From: an uncultured Spirochaetota bacterium | GTDB lineage: Bacteria > Spirochaetota > Spirochaetia > SZUA-6 > Fen-1364 | Length of the DNA: 64,000 nucleotides | Assembly (NCBI GenBank): GCA_963734545.1 | Contig: CAVTHO010000004.1 | Span: forward strand, 480,001 to 544,000 | Direction: 5' to 3' | In this document: in pieces, positions 50,733-62,320 of the stretch | Numbering within the stretch: position 1 is the stretch's first letter | Layout of the letters: every line of letters starts with the position of its first letter | Notes under the pieces: generated by a model | What the model was told of the DNA's origin: nothing | Seen by the model: only the letters and a program-made list of their open reading frames with translations | Database searches by the model: none | Translations under genes and position numbers: made by a program

Positions 50733-52955
50733 ATCGGCCGGTCACCAGAACACACGGATTCCCCGCCCATTGTCATAGAAGGAACACTCCAGAGGGTTCG
50801 CTACGCGAGCGAGGATGACTCATTCAGCGTCGTCGTCGTGGCCCTGGAGACAGGGAGAGAGGTGTCCGCCGTCGGAAACCTGGCAGGCGTGCGCGTCGGG
50901 GAGAGTCTGCGCGTCACCGGTCAGTGGACCACGCACCCGAGGTTCGGAGAGCAATTCCAGGTTCAATCCTTCATCGCCGTATCGCCCGCAACACTTGTGG
51001 GCATCGAGCGCTACCTCGGCTCCGGGCTCGTGACGGGAGTCGGGAAGGAGCTGGCCTCGCGGCTCGTGCGGAAATTCGGCCTGGCCACCCTGGAGGTGAT
51101 CGACAGCCAGCCGGCAAAGCTCCGTGAGGTGCAGGGAATCGGCCCGATGCGCGCGGAGCAGATCGTGCAGGCCTGGCAGAAGCAGAGGGAGATCAGGGAT
51201 GTGATGGTCTTTCTCCAATCGTGCGGGGTGAGCACCGCGCTGGCGACACGGATCTATGCGCACTACGGCAGGGACCCGCGCGGAGTGATCGGCCGTGACC
51301 CGTGGCGGCTCGCCGCGGACGTGCCGGGGATCGGCTTCAGGACCGCGGATGCCATCGCCGCCAGCCTGGGAGTCGACCCGGAGTCCCCGCGCAGGGCCGA
51401 GGCGGGAGTCCTGTTCGTGCTGGAGCAGAGGGCGGAAGAAGGTCACGCGTGGGCGCCGCGGCAGACGCTGGCCGAGGAGACCGGTTCGCTTCTCGGCCTG
51501 GGGCCGGAAAAGTGCGCGGCAGCCATCGACACCCTCGCCGCCCGGCAGGCGGTGGCCAGGCAGACGGACACGGAGGGAGAGTTCTTCGCGTCGCCCCACC
51601 TGGCAAAAGCGGAAGAAGACGCGGCCCGACGCCTCGCCTTGATCGCTTCGACCGCCGATTCATTCTTCCGGGACTCCGCCGAACCGGGCACACGCTCTGT
51701 GGAGGCATACGAGAAGGAATCGGGGACTTCACTCTCCGGGCTTCAGCGGGAGGCGGTCCGGCGCGCGCTGGCGGACAAGGTTCTCGTGATCACCGGGGGC
51801 CCCGGCACAGGAAAAACCACTCTCATTACAGCAATCGTCCAGATCCTTTCGCGCCGCGGATTGCGCGTGGCGCTCTGCGCGCCGACGGGCCGGGCGGCCA
51901 AGCGCATGACCGAGGCCTCCGGCAGGGAGTCCCGCACCATCCATCGCCTGCTCGAGTGGAGCCCGAAGACGGGCACATTCACCCGGGACGAGAGCACACC
52001 GCTTGCCTGCGACGCGCTCATCCTTGACGAGGCCTCCATGGTCGACATCGTGCTTTTCTCCCGGCTCCTGGCCGCGGTCCCGCCCGCCTCGCGGCTCATC
52101 CTCGTGGGAGACAGCGATCAGCTCCCGTCGGTGGGCCCCGGTAATGTGCTGGCTGACCTCATCTCGTCGGACGTCATTCCCGTGACGCGGCTTACGGAGA
52201 TCTTCCGCCAGGCAGGAGAGAGCTCGATCGTGGTGAATGCCCACAGGATCAATGCCGGTCTCATGCCCCAGCCGGCATCGACCGATGAAGGAGACTTCTT
52301 CATCATCGAGAGACAGGAGCCCGAGGCGATCGTGTCGGCCGTGCGCGAGCTGGTGACCACGCGCATCCCCCGGCGCTTCGGGCTGGATCCGCGCCAGGAC
52401 ATCCAGGTGCTCACCCCCATGCGCAAGGGAGTCCTCGGGACCGCGGGCTTGAACAGGGAGCTGCAGGCGCTGCTCAACCCCGGCGGTCCCTCACTGGGCC
52501 GGGGGCCCGTCGAGCTGCGGGCAGGGGACCGGGTCATCCAATTGCGGAACAACTACGCGCAGGGGGTTTTCAACGGCGACATCGGCACGGTGGCGGAAGT
52601 GGACGAGGCGGCCCGTACTGCCGTTGTCAGCTACGACGAGCGGACGGTGCGCTACGAGAGCGCGGACCTCGACCAGCTCAGCCTCGCCTACGCCTGCTCC
52701 ATCCACAAGTCACAGGGAAGCGAGTTCCCGGCCGTGGTGATCGTGCTGCACACGCAGCACTACGTGCTTCTCAGGCGCGCCCTGCTCTACACGGCGGTGA
52801 CCCGGGCGCGGAAGCTCGCCGTGATCGTGGGCAGCCGGCGGGCGCTGGCCATTGCGGTGAAAAACGTGGGGACCATGGAGCGATGCACGCGGCTGGCCGC
52901 GCGCCTGCGGGCTCACTTCCCGTACAGGGGCCCCAGCGAAGCGCAGGCGCGATAA
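50733..52955 (+). CDS. recD2: RecD2 (RecD-like) ATP-dependent DNA helicase; start codon uncertain
   Basis: HhH repeats, [34 protein letters not shown]. The conserved-looking N-terminus ([10 protein letters not shown]) lies upstream of GTG 50838. Confidence 0.95.
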   Translation: MGRSPEHTDSPPIVIEGTLQRVRYASEDDSFSVVVVALETGREVSAVGNLAGVRVGESLRVTGQWTTHPRFGEQFQVQSFIAVSPATLVGIERYLGSGLVTGVGKELASRLVRKFGLATLEVIDSQPAKLREVQGIGPMRAEQIVQAWQKQREIRDVMVFLQSCGVSTALATRIYAHYGRDPRGVIGRDPWRLAADVPGIGFRTADAIAASLGVDPESPRRAEAGVLFVLEQRAEEGHAWAPRQTLAEETGSLLGLGPEKCAAAIDTLAARQAVARQTDTEGEFFASPHLAKAEEDAARRLALIASTADSFFRDSAEPGTRSVEAYEKESGTSLSGLQREAVRRALADKVLVITGGPGTGKTTLITAIVQILSRRGLRVALCAPTGRAAKRMTEASGRESRTIHRLLEWSPKTGTFTRDESTPLACDALILDEASMVDIVLFSRLLAAVPPASRLILVGDSDQLPSVGPGNVLADLISSDVIPVTRLTEIFRQAGESSIVVNAHRINAGLMPQPASTDEGDFFIIERQEPEAIVSAVRELVTTRIPRRFGLDPRQDIQVLTPMRKGVLGTAGLNRELQALLNPGGPSLGRGPVELRAGDRVIQLRNNYAQGVFNGDIGTVAEVDEAARTAVVSYDERTVRYESADLDQLSLAYACSIHKSQGSEFPAVVIVLHTQHYVLLRRALLYTAVTRARKLAVIVGSRRALAIAVKNVGTMERCTRLAARLRAHFPYRGPSEAQAR

Positions 52956-54730
52956 TCGGCGCCCTCTGATTCGGCGTCGCCGAATGCGGACCAGTGCTTC
53001 GGCCGGAAAATCCTCTCTGCCGGCACATTGTGCATGGCCACGGGGATGCGCAGCATGGCCGCCAGCGCGAGGAGATCCGCGCCGACGTGCCCGCAGCTGA
53101 TGGCGCCATGGTTGGCTCCCCAGTTGTTCATCACCGCGTACACGTCGCGGAATGCGCCGCTCCCGCTGACCCGCGGCGCGAACCAGGTCGTGGGCCATGC
53201 AGGGTCGGTGCGGTCCATCAGAGTGCGGCTCACATCGGCGGGAAGCTCCACCGTGGAGCCCTCCGCGATCTGCAGCACGGGGCCGAGTCCGGCGACGAGG
53301 TTGAGCCGGGACATGGTCACCGGCATGCCGCCCCGGGTCTCGAACTCCGTCGAGAAACCGCCGCCCCGGAAATACTCCAGGTTGGCCGGGCAGAAATGCG
53401 TGGCATCGAGGCACGCGGCTGCCTCCTCCGCGCTGACTTCCCAGTATGGCTTCATGACCGGTGTGCCGTTGCGGGACATTCGGCCCGTGCCGTCCAGCGC
53501 GGTGGAGCCTGAATTGATCAGGTGGATGACACCGGCTTCCGCGGCGCCGGAAAGCTTCTTCCCCGTCACCCTCTTCACCGCGTCCGGGCTCCAGAACGTG
53601 CGCACGTCGGAGAAGATCTGCGCCGTGCCGGTCAGCTGGTGGCCCAGGAGCATGGAGATCCCGTTCAGGTAATCATTCTCCGTTGCGCAGACAAAAGCCT
53701 CGCGGATGCCGTTCCAGTCGAAGGAGGTGTTGAGCACGGTCTCCATGAAATCGCCGTTGGGGAGATGGTCGGTCCAATGCCTCTGGCCCTGGAAGCCGGA
53801 GGCGATTGCGTTGTGGCCCAGCGCCTCCTCCTCGAAGCCGAGCGCTGCCAGCCGGGGATTTCCGATCATGAGGTCCCGGGCGATCATGGTCATCTTCACC
53901 ACGAACTCCCAGTCGGCATCCTTGCGGGCGCGGGCATGCTGGACCTTTGCCGCGTTGCGGTCAGGGCCTTCCACGCAATTCTGCTTCACCCAGGCGAGGG
54001 CGCGGGTGTACTCATCCGGATCGTAGATCTTCTCGTCTATTCTCCGCGAGAGCTCCGACATGTCGACCATTTCGTATCTCATGCCGAGCCAGCTCTCCAG
54101 GAATCGCGGGTCGACGATGGACCCGGCGATGCCCATCGACATGCCGCCCATGGCCAGATAGGAGGCGCCGCGCAGGCTGGCGCACGCGAGACCTGCCCGC
54201 GCGAACAGCAGGAGCTTCTCCTGCACGTCGGCAGGGATCCGCGTGTCCCCCGCGTCCTGCACGTCGTGTCCGTAGATGCCGAACGCGGGCAGGCCTTTCT
54301 GCGCGTACGCGGCCAGTACGGACGCGAGGTAGACTGCCCCGGGACGCTCCGTCCCGTTGAAGCCCCAGACTGCCTTCGGCGTGAACGGGTCCATGTCCAT
54401 GGTCTCCGCCCCGTAGCACCAGCAGGGTGTTGCCGTAATGGAAACGCCCACCCCCTCACGCTGGAACTTCTCAGCGGCCCGGGCAGCCTCCGCCACACCG
54501 CCGATGCAGGTGTCCGCGATCACGCATTCTACCGGCAGTCCGCAGGGATGCCGGAGGTTCCTGGTGAGAAAATCGGACACGGACCGCGCCATCGCCATGG
54601 TGTGCGCTTCCAGGGATTCTCTGACCCCGCGGCGTCTGCCGTCGATTGCCGGCCGGATGCCGATCTTCGGCAGGCTTCCCTGCAGCCGGTTGACCGGCGG
54701 GACAGTTTTCAAGCCTTTCACATTTGCCAT
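52913..54730 (-). CDS. fucI: L-fucose isomerase
   Basis: [42 protein letters not shown]. Confidence 0.95.
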   Translation of the reverse strand: MANVKGLKTVPPVNRLQGSLPKIGIRPAIDGRRRGVRESLEAHTMAMARSVSDFLTRNLRHPCGLPVECVIADTCIGGVAEAARAAEKFQREGVGVSITATPCWCYGAETMDMDPFTPKAVWGFNGTERPGAVYLASVLAAYAQKGLPAFGIYGHDVQDAGDTRIPADVQEKLLLFARAGLACASLRGASYLAMGGMSMGIAGSIVDPRFLESWLGMRYEMVDMSELSRRIDEKIYDPDEYTRALAWVKQNCVEGPDRNAAKVQHARARKDADWEFVVKMTMIARDLMIGNPRLAALGFEEEALGHNAIASGFQGQRHWTDHLPNGDFMETVLNTSFDWNGIREAFVCATENDYLNGISMLLGHQLTGTAQIFSDVRTFWSPDAVKRVTGKKLSGAAEAGVIHLINSGSTALDGTGRMSRNGTPVMKPYWEVSAEEAAACLDATHFCPANLEYFRGGGFSTEFETRGGMPVTMSRLNLVAGLGPVLQIAEGSTVELPADVSRTLMDRTDPAWPTTWFAPRVSGSGAFRDVYAVMNNWGANHGAISCGHVGADLLALAAMLRIPVAMHNVPAERIFRPKHWSAFGDAESEGADYRACASLGPLYGK

Positions 54731-54791
54731 TGCATGCGCCTCCCTGATGAAACGAACGGCGTACCGTGCATGTGATACCGATCGACCCGCG

Positions 54792-56483
54792 TCAGGCGAA
54801 ATGCCTGCTCTTCCGGAAAGCCGCTTCCGCCTTCCGTGTCCAGTACTGCCCGTCCAGGAGAAGGGGCGTGAGCTCCGGAAGATCCCTGGCGAGCTCACGA
54901 ATCGATCTCAGCCCAATGCCGTGGGCGAATGGAAAAATCACCACCTTGCCCGTGTAGGTGTTGTCCATGAGCGCCTTCAGGCCTTTTGCCGCAGAGCCCA
55001 TGTCACCGATGGCGGCCAGGGAATAGGAGGTGGAGAGCCGGCCGGACTGGGTGAGCGCAAGGGTGTCCTTCATGGCCGAGAGCGGGGAGCCGGAGGAGCC
55101 GATCAGGCGCATCTGCCTGCGCACGATCGCCCCGAGCGGGAGGTCCGTGATCGTGCCGAGCTTCACTCCGGCGAAGATATTGAGCACGCCGTCCGGAGCG
55201 AGGTAATGCGACGCCTGGCTGATGATGGCGGAGACGGGGACCAGCACGACCACGTCGTCGAACCCGCCCGGATACTTCTCGTTCAGGAAAGTGTCCAGCT
55301 CCTCCGCCGGCAGGTCCTTCGGATTCTCGAATGTCAGAGACACCTTGCAGTTGCGGCCCTTGCACAGGAGCGAGACGAGGTGCTTGAGGGATTCCAGGCG
55401 CTCATCGGAGAGGTCCGTCACGAGGATCTCCGAGGGGCCCTGCTCGTCCATGACCGCCTTGATCACGTGCATCTGGCCCATCGGTCCGGCGCCGCCGACA
55501 AACCACGCGCGGCCCCCGGGGCGTATGCCTTCGCGGTTGTTCTTCCGATAGCTGTCCGCCACCTTCCCGTCCACCGAGCCGACCAGCTCGAGCTTGCGGT
55601 AATGCACCTTTCCCACGTCCACGGGGAGCTCCACGTCCGGCGCGCCGCTGTGCACGCCGAGAACGCCGTCCGCATCGATTTCATTCACCAGCCGGGCAAA
55701 GGACTCACGGTCCGGTGTTCCCGCGCAGACCACGTCAGTCGGCGCGGGGCCGTCCGCCGGCTTCCCGGCGGCCGCGATGAGGGCGCCGGTGCGCTCCGCG
55801 AGCTCTTCCGCCGCGCGCAGATTCTCCGCGGTGAGCCCGGAATGCGAGATGCGCGCGATTTTCACCTGCTCCAGGCCGTGCAGGTCGAGGGGAACCTGGC
55901 CCTGCGGAAAGCCCGCAAGGAGCAGGTGCCCGTTCTCCTTCACCGCCGTGCGGGCGCGTATCTGGTAGGAAGCAATGACGCAGGTCCATGGCTCGACCAG
56001 TGCCGCCTCGGCATAGCCTGTCTCTTCCTTCACGGGCAGGAGGTAGCAGCCCTCGTCTCCCTCGAGGATCTCGGACCCGATCACGACGTACTGGGAAAGC
56101 CCGCCGGGGATCGAGTAGCCGAAGGCAACGCCCTTGCCCTTGTAGTAGACGTCCGCCTGGATGATGTAGCGGCTGCCCAGTTGGAACTTCCCGCGCCACT
56201 TGTCTCCCACGCCGACGATCGTCATGGTCACCTCGTGCCCGGGTACCGTGGGATTCTTCGATAAGTCACGGCCTTCGATCCGGGGATGCTGGTTCCCCGC
56301 CGAGATGAGCTTGACGTCGGAGAAGCAGAGCCCCACCGCGTCGATGCGCGCGACGAGGTTGTCCTCCGAGTACCGGGGAAAGGGAACCGTGTCCGGACGC
56401 CCCTTCGTGCCTATGCTTTCGAGACCCGACCCCTTCAGCTGCCAGGAGAGTATCTCCTGCGGCAGGTCTTCGAGGAACTCCAT
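54792..56483 (-). CDS. Long MDR-family dehydrogenase (L-sorbose-1-phosphate reductase-like)
   Basis: [27 protein letters not shown]; 563 aa. Confidence 0.8.
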   Translation of the reverse strand: MEFLEDLPQEILSWQLKGSGLESIGTKGRPDTVPFPRYSEDNLVARIDAVGLCFSDVKLISAGNQHPRIEGRDLSKNPTVPGHEVTMTIVGVGDKWRGKFQLGSRYIIQADVYYKGKGVAFGYSIPGGLSQYVVIGSEILEGDEGCYLLPVKEETGYAEAALVEPWTCVIASYQIRARTAVKENGHLLLAGFPQGQVPLDLHGLEQVKIARISHSGLTAENLRAAEELAERTGALIAAAGKPADGPAPTDVVCAGTPDRESFARLVNEIDADGVLGVHSGAPDVELPVDVGKVHYRKLELVGSVDGKVADSYRKNNREGIRPGGRAWFVGGAGPMGQMHVIKAVMDEQGPSEILVTDLSDERLESLKHLVSLLCKGRNCKVSLTFENPKDLPAEELDTFLNEKYPGGFDDVVVLVPVSAIISQASHYLAPDGVLNIFAGVKLGTITDLPLGAIVRRQMRLIGSSGSPLSAMKDTLALTQSGRLSTSYSLAAIGDMGSAAKGLKALMDNTYTGKVVIFPFAHGIGLRSIRELARDLPELTPLLLDGQYWTRKAEAAFRKSRHFA

Positions 56484-56649
56484 GGATGTGCTCCTTTAGT
56501 CTAGAGTACCATTGGCGGCGCCGGGAGGCAACCGCGGGCGCAGGACCGGCTCGTTCCCGAGGCCTGAGGCCGAATCGCGCTCACTGTGATGTTCGGCGAT
56601 GCGTCAATATGCTTGATGGTGCATGGCCTCACATGGTAGGCTCCCCGAC

Positions 56650-57426
56650 ATGAAAAAGGAAAGAATCGCCGCCCAGATGTACTCCGTTCGCGACTACTGC
56701 AATGACGCGCACGATTTGTCCGACACGCTGAAAAAAGTACGGTCCATCGGGTACAGGGCTGTCGAGCTCAGCAGCGTGGGCCCGCTGCCGCCCCACGAGC
56801 TTGCGCGCGTTCTGGACGGCGAGGGCCTGACCTGCTGCTCGACGCACGAGGATTCGGAAGAGCTGTTGACGGATCCCGACGCGGTCGTGGAACGCCTCGG
56901 CGTCCTCGGCTGCACGTCCACCACGTACCCGTTCCCCAGGGATCAGGACTTTTCCACGGTAGAAGGGGTCCGCCGTCTCTGCAAAGCCCTCAACCGGACG
57001 GGAAAGCTGCTGAAAAAGGCGGGAATCACATTCGGATATCACAACCATAACCTGGAGTTCCACAAGCTGAACGGCAGGACCGTCATGGACATCATCCTGG
57101 CGGAAACTGATCCCGATGCCGTGCAGATCGAGCTGGACACGTACTGGGTCCAGGCGGGCGGCGGGGACCCCGGTGAATGGCTGGCCCGACTGAAGGGCCG
57201 CGCATACCTCCTGCATCTCAAGGACTACGGCGTGGACGCCAAGGGCGTGTCGATGTTCGAGGAAATCGGCCAGGGAAACCTGGATTTCGGGCGGATCATG
57301 TCCGCCGCCAAACGCGCCGGCTGCCGCTGGTACGTGGTGGAGCAGGATTCGGACTGGGAGAACGGGGACCCGTTCCAGTCGCTGAAGATGAGCCTGACCT
57401 ACCTGAAGAGAGAGTTCGCCGAATAG
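56650..57426 (+). CDS. Sugar phosphate isomerase/epimerase (xylose isomerase-like TIM barrel)
   Basis: AQMYSVRD, YHNHNLEF, ELDTYW, HLKD, VEQD. Confidence 0.9.
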   Translation: MKKERIAAQMYSVRDYCNDAHDLSDTLKKVRSIGYRAVELSSVGPLPPHELARVLDGEGLTCCSTHEDSEELLTDPDAVVERLGVLGCTSTTYPFPRDQDFSTVEGVRRLCKALNRTGKLLKKAGITFGYHNHNLEFHKLNGRTVMDIILAETDPDAVQIELDTYWVQAGGGDPGEWLARLKGRAYLLHLKDYGVDAKGVSMFEEIGQGNLDFGRIMSAAKRAGCRWYVVEQDSDWENGDPFQSLKMSLTYLKREFAE

Positions 57427-57460
57427 GGCTCTGAAGGGATGATGCCATCATCGGCACGCC

Positions 57461-58644
57461 GTGAAGCTCAAGGCAACCCCCGCTGACTTCATCGTCAAGG
57501 AACAATCGAGCCTGGTCCTTTCCGAGCGCCCGTCAGGATTCGCCGTATTCCGCCTCTCGAAAACCTCGTGGGACACGTTCGATCTGATCGATCTGCTGGC
57601 GCGCCGTCTCGGCGTGGCCACGGCGGACATCAGCGTCGGGGGGATGAAGGACCGGCACGGCAGCACCGAGCAGATGATTTCGGTGCGCGGGCTGCGCGGC
57701 CGGCCCCGGCCCTCCGCGACAGGAACTTTTCCCTGGAGTTCGCCGGCTGGTCAGACAGCTCCGTGACGGCAAGCGACATAAGCGGCAACAGCTTCATCAT
57801 CACCCTGCGCGATCTCACGGAGGACGAGGCGGAGCGGATCACCGTCAACGGGGAACAGGCGGCGCGGGACGGGTTCGCCAATTATTACGACTCGCAGCGA
57901 TTCGGGTCCGCGCGCCACGGCGCGGGCTTCATGGGCAAGGAAATCTTCCTGGGCAGGCGGGAGGCGGCGCTCAGGCTTTACTTCACCCCTTCCAGGCACG
58001 ACGACCAGAAGACGCGCAAGCTCAAACGGTGCGTGACGGAGAACTGGGGCGCGTGGGGGAAGTGCGCCGGCATGGGATTCGGTGAATACGGCAGGATCCT
58101 GGCGTACCTTGCCGCGAATCGACGCGCCTATCACCAGGCCCTTGCAATGATAGACAGGCGCCTCCTGGTCTTCGTGCTCAATGCCTACCAGTCGTTCCTC
58201 TTCAACGAAGTGCTCGCCCGGTGGCTGCGCGAGATATCCGCGGAGAGAGGGTTTTCACTGTGCTCCCTCCGCTCCCCCTTCGGCGTGTACGAGTTCTACC
58301 AGAGCCTTCCCCCGGGCCTGCGCGAGGAGCTGGCCGGAACGCTCCTCCCTGTTCCCGGTCACGATACGCTGCTCACGGACGAACGGATCAGGCGGATCGT
58401 CGGGGAGGTGCTGGACGCGGAAGGCATACGGCTGGCAGACCTGAGGGTGCGTCAGATGCATCGCATCAGGGTGGGCGGAGTGGAGCGCGCCGCGATAGTC
58501 GTGCCCGAGGGTCTCGCGATCTCCCGCCCGGAAGAAGACGACCTGTACCCGGGCAGGAAGAAATCCACGCTTCGGTTCTTTCTGCCCCGGGGAAGCTATG
58601 CGACCCTGCTGATCAAGAGGCTCATGCTTCCCTCAGCGCGGTGA
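57461..58644 (+). CDS. truD: tRNA pseudouridine(13) synthase; frameshift near 57710
   Basis: KATPADFIVKE, GMKDRHG.TEQ, GNSFIITLR, NYYDSQRFG, NAYQSFLFN, FFLPRGSYAT. Confidence 0.92.
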
Positions 58645-59470
58645 CGTTCCCGCATTTTCCGCGGGCAAAATTCAGCGCGCGCTCCAGGCCGGTCCTGCCG
58701 GTGTAGCCCTTGCCCTTGCACAGCTCGGAGAAGACCCGCTCCGCCGCGCCCTCCCCGTAGACCTGTTCCAGCAGATCACGGTTCTGCAGGAGGTTCTGGA
58801 TGAGAACCTCGTTGTCCCTCGCGCTGGCCATGAAATGACGGATGACCTCGGCCGTTCCCGCAAACAGGGCCTCGCAGCGCTCCCCGACACGCAGGACGAG
58901 CTCCTCTGATTCCGTTGCGAACTTTACGCTGAGCTCGCTCAGCCCCTGCAGGCGCTCCAGCTCGGCGCGCTCCTCGGGGCTGAAGGCGTTGCCCGATGTC
59001 CCTGCCAGCTCCAGGATGCGGCTGATCTCTCTCTTCTCCCGCTCGAGCTCCGGGGCGTAGCGCTCGATCTGGTAGAGCGACTCCTGGAGGATGAGGAGAA
59101 GGTGATATCCTGTCCCGATGTAGGAGTCGATTGCCCGGCTCTCGATGCTGTTCTTCATTCCGGCCAGGAGCTCGTGCGTGGTCCGGGAACCAGTCTTCGA
59201 AGCTCCCTTCACGCCGTTGGCCGCCCGAGCGTCGGTCCGGAAAAGGAAATGCGCCATCTCCTTCAGGTCGAAGACGAGATTGGAAAGCTCACGCACCCGC
59301 ACGAACAGGCCGCCGCCGGCGAGATTGCCCTCTTTCGTGAGCCGGCGGAACTCGGCGTCCAGGGAAATGAACAAAGCGCTCGCGCGGAGGAACTTCACGA
59401 CGAGAAACGCAAGCAGCTCCTTGCGCCGCCTGCCTTCGTACTGATCCCGCATCAGCTCTCGTCTGGGCAT
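58622..59470 (-). CDS. Hypothetical all-helical protein
   Basis: 282-aa ORF with GAGGG SD directly after arcC; no motif of known function recognised. Confidence 0.75.
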   Translation of the reverse strand: MPRRELMRDQYEGRRRKELLAFLVVKFLRASALFISLDAEFRRLTKEGNLAGGGLFVRVRELSNLVFDLKEMAHFLFRTDARAANGVKGASKTGSRTTHELLAGMKNSIESRAIDSYIGTGYHLLLILQESLYQIERYAPELEREKREISRILELAGTSGNAFSPEERAELERLQGLSELSVKFATESEELVLRVGERCEALFAGTAEVIRHFMASARDNEVLIQNLLQNRDLLEQVYGEGAAERVFSELCKGKGYTGRTGLERALNFARGKCGNVTALREA

Positions 59471-59482
59471 GGGCCCCTCCCC

Positions 59483-60443
59483 TCACTCTGGCACGATCCA
59501 GGTTCCCGTCTCTCCGCGCAGCGCGCGGCCGATATTCTCGGGGTTGGTGATCAGCGCGCTCTTGCCGCCTGCTTCGAGGTACCAGACTACTGCCTGGATC
59601 TTGGGGGCCATCGAGCCCCGGGCGAAATGCGTCCCCTCGGCAAGCCAGCGTTTTGCCTCCGCCAGTGTCATCCTGTCGATCCACTTCTGGGCAGGGGTGC
59701 CGAAGTTGACCGCCACCTTTTCCACGGCAGTGGCAATCAGGAAGAGGTCTGCCTTGATTTCGCGGGCGAGCAGGCTGCTCGCGAAGTCCTTGTCGATCAC
59801 GGCGGCCGTGCCCCGGTACTCGCCCTCCCCGATGTCCACAACGGGGATGCCGCCGCCGCCCACCGTGATGACGACGATGCCGTCATTCAGCACCGCCTTG
59901 ATGGAGTCCAGCTCCACGATCTCCTTGGGCATGGGTGAGGGGACCACCCGCCGCCAGCCGCGGCCCGCGTCCTCCACCACGGACCATCCCATCTCACGGC
60001 GCCGGGCCGCCTCTTCCGCGTCCATGAATCCCCCTATGGGCTTGGAGGGGCTCTGGAACGCGGGGTCCTTCGTGTCCACGAGGACCTGCGTGACGATGGT
60101 GGCCACGTTCTTCCGGATGCCGCGGTGAAAGAGCAGGTTCTGCAGGGCCTGCTGCAGCTCGTAGCCGATGGCGCCCTGCGTAGTCGGCGCCGCAGACGTC
60201 CAGCGGGACTTCGTGCATGCCCTCGACCTTGTGCGCGATCTCCGAACGGCGCAGGATGAAGCCGACCTGGGGGCCGTTGCCGTGCCCGATGGCCAGGTCC
60301 CATCCCGCCTCGATCATGTCGACGAGGTGGCGCGCCGTATCACGCAAGGCCTCTTCCTGGTCCTCGACGGTCTGGTGCCGGGAATCCCTGATCAGGGAGT
60401 TTCCCCCGATTGCGACCACTGCGACCTTCCCTGCTGTGCTCAT
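59483..60443 (-). CDS. arcC: Carbamate kinase; frameshift near 60180
   Basis: VAIGGN, HGNGPQVG, PSKPIG, RRVVPSP, GGGGIPV, VIDKD, GSMAPK. Confidence 0.95.
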
Positions 60444-60552
60444 GACCCTCTACTATAACCTAGAATCTTCCCGACCGCGACAGAGTGGTCGCCCAATCCT
60501 CCTGCCGCCTCCGGACTTGACAGCGGTGCCCCGTTCTGATCGATTGTCCCTT

Positions 60553-61611
60553 ATGCCCGTACCGGATCCCGCGCGCACCACCAACAGGCTGCTCATTGTC
60601 ATCGTGGTCTTCCTGACGGGCGCTTTCCTGAAGCTGGTCGCACCAGTCGTCATCCTGCTCCTATTCACGATGCTCCTCGTGTATCTCATTGACCCCATCG
60701 TCGTCCTGCTGAACCGGTGGCGCCTTCCGCTCTGGCTTTCCATCCTCATCGCCATCACGCTGATCGGGGCCGTGTTTGGAAGCTTCGCCGTGCTGATCGT
60801 CATCGATCTGCCCCATTTTGCGAAGACCTTCCCGAAGTTCCAGGAGGAGATCCTCAAGCGCGCGACGGGAATACTGGAAATCATCGAGCGGAACACCGGC
60901 GTGACATTTGCCATCGATCCACTCGAAGAGCTGCGCACGGCGCCCATCAGGCCTTTGCTGATGAGCCTTGCCCGGTCCAGCCTTCGCTTCCTTTCGGAGT
61001 TCGTGCTGATCTTCTTCTTCGCCGTGATTCTCCTGGTGGGAAAGTATCGGCTGATCCGCATGCTCCTCACCGTGTTCCCGCGCCGGCACAGCATGGTGCC
61101 GCTCATGCTGAAGCACGTGGACCGGCACATGCGCGCCTACCTCGGCATCAAGGCGCTGGCGAGCCTTGCCATCGGCCTCGGCACGGCGCTGATCCTCCTC
61201 GCCTTCAAGGTGGAATTCGCCGTCACGTGGGGATTCGTCACCGTGCTCTTCAATTTCGTCCCCGCCCTGGGGCCGATCACCGCGGTGACCCTTCCCACGC
61301 TCATCACCCTGGTCCAGTACCCGGGCATAGGCATGCCGCTGGCGGTCGTTGCCAGTCTCAGCGTCCTGCACTTCAGCATCTCCAATTTCCTCGAGCCGCG
61401 CTTCCTGGGTGAGCGGCTGGACCTCTCATTCTTCGTCATCTTCCTCTCCCTCTTCTTCTGGGGCTGGATGTGGGGACCCGCGGGGGTCCTGCTGGCCATA
61501 CCTGTCACGGCCACCCTGAAGATAGTTCTGGAGCGCATCCCGGCAACCTCCCGGTTTGCCATGCTCCTCGGCAGGACATCCCGGCGCCGCAACTTCAACC
61601 CGCCGCGTTGA
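60553..61611 (+). CDS. AI-2E family transporter
   Basis: FNFVPALG, NFLEPRFLGERLDLS, FWGWMWGPAGVLLAIP. Confidence 0.92.
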   Translation: MPVPDPARTTNRLLIVIVVFLTGAFLKLVAPVVILLLFTMLLVYLIDPIVVLLNRWRLPLWLSILIAITLIGAVFGSFAVLIVIDLPHFAKTFPKFQEEILKRATGILEIIERNTGVTFAIDPLEELRTAPIRPLLMSLARSSLRFLSEFVLIFFFAVILLVGKYRLIRMLLTVFPRRHSMVPLMLKHVDRHMRAYLGIKALASLAIGLGTALILLAFKVEFAVTWGFVTVLFNFVPALGPITAVTLPTLITLVQYPGIGMPLAVVASLSVLHFSISNFLEPRFLGERLDLSFFVIFLSLFFWGWMWGPAGVLLAIPVTATLKIVLERIPATSRFAMLLGRTSRRRNFNPPR

Positions 61612-61636
61612 CCAACGCGAGAAACCTCCCTATTAT
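61608..61636 (+). promoter_or_regulatory. sigma70 promoter
   Basis: TTGACC-N17-TATTAT upstream of the CBS-ACT gene. Confidence 0.65.
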
Positions 61637-61656
61637 GGAAGAATGAGGAAAACGCC

Positions 61657-62301
61657 ATGCTCGTGAGGGAGAGGATGACGCGCAATCCCATCTTCATCAG
61701 GCCTGATACTCCGATAACGGAAGCGCAGGCCCTGATGAAACGGGAAAAAATCCACCACCTGCCCGTGCTGGACAAGGACGAGAAGCTGGTGGGAATCGTC
61801 GCGGAGAAGGACCTCCTGTACGCCTCCCCGTCCGTTGCCACGACGCTGAGCGTCTTCGAAATGACCTCCCTGCTGGCCAAGTTGAAGGTGGAAAAGGTCA
61901 TGACGCGGGAGGTGATCTCCGTGGCGGAGGATGTGCCGCTGGAGGAAGCGGCGCGCATCATGGCGGACCGCGGCATCGGCGGTCTTCCCATTGTGCGGGG
62001 CAAGGCACTGGTGGGCATCATCACGGAAAGCGACCTGTTCCGCATCTTCATCGAGCTGTTCGGCGCCCGGCAGAAAGGCATCCGCATCACCCTGTCGACG
62101 TTCAATGAGAAGGGCTCGCTTGCGAAAATGACGGCCGCGGTAAGCAACGCCGGGGGCAATATCATCGCGCTGGGCACGTATCTGGGAGAGGACCCGTCCG
62201 CAGGTCGGTGTACCATCAAGGTGGAAGGTGTGACCCGGGAGAAGCTGGTTGCGGCGCTCACGCCCCTCGTCCGGTCGGTCGATGATGTGAGAGACGTGTA
62301 A
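61657..62301 (+). CDS. CBS-pair + ACT domain protein (AcuB-like)
   Basis: Two CBS motifs (HHLPVLD, GGLPIV...GIITESD) and a C-terminal ACT-like domain. Confidence 0.9.
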   Translation: MLVRERMTRNPIFIRPDTPITEAQALMKREKIHHLPVLDKDEKLVGIVAEKDLLYASPSVATTLSVFEMTSLLAKLKVEKVMTREVISVAEDVPLEEAARIMADRGIGGLPIVRGKALVGIITESDLFRIFIELFGARQKGIRITLSTFNEKGSLAKMTAAVSNAGGNIIALGTYLGEDPSAGRCTIKVEGVTREKLVAALTPLVRSVDDVRDV

Positions 62302-62320
62302 GCACGGGAGAAATGTCCGC

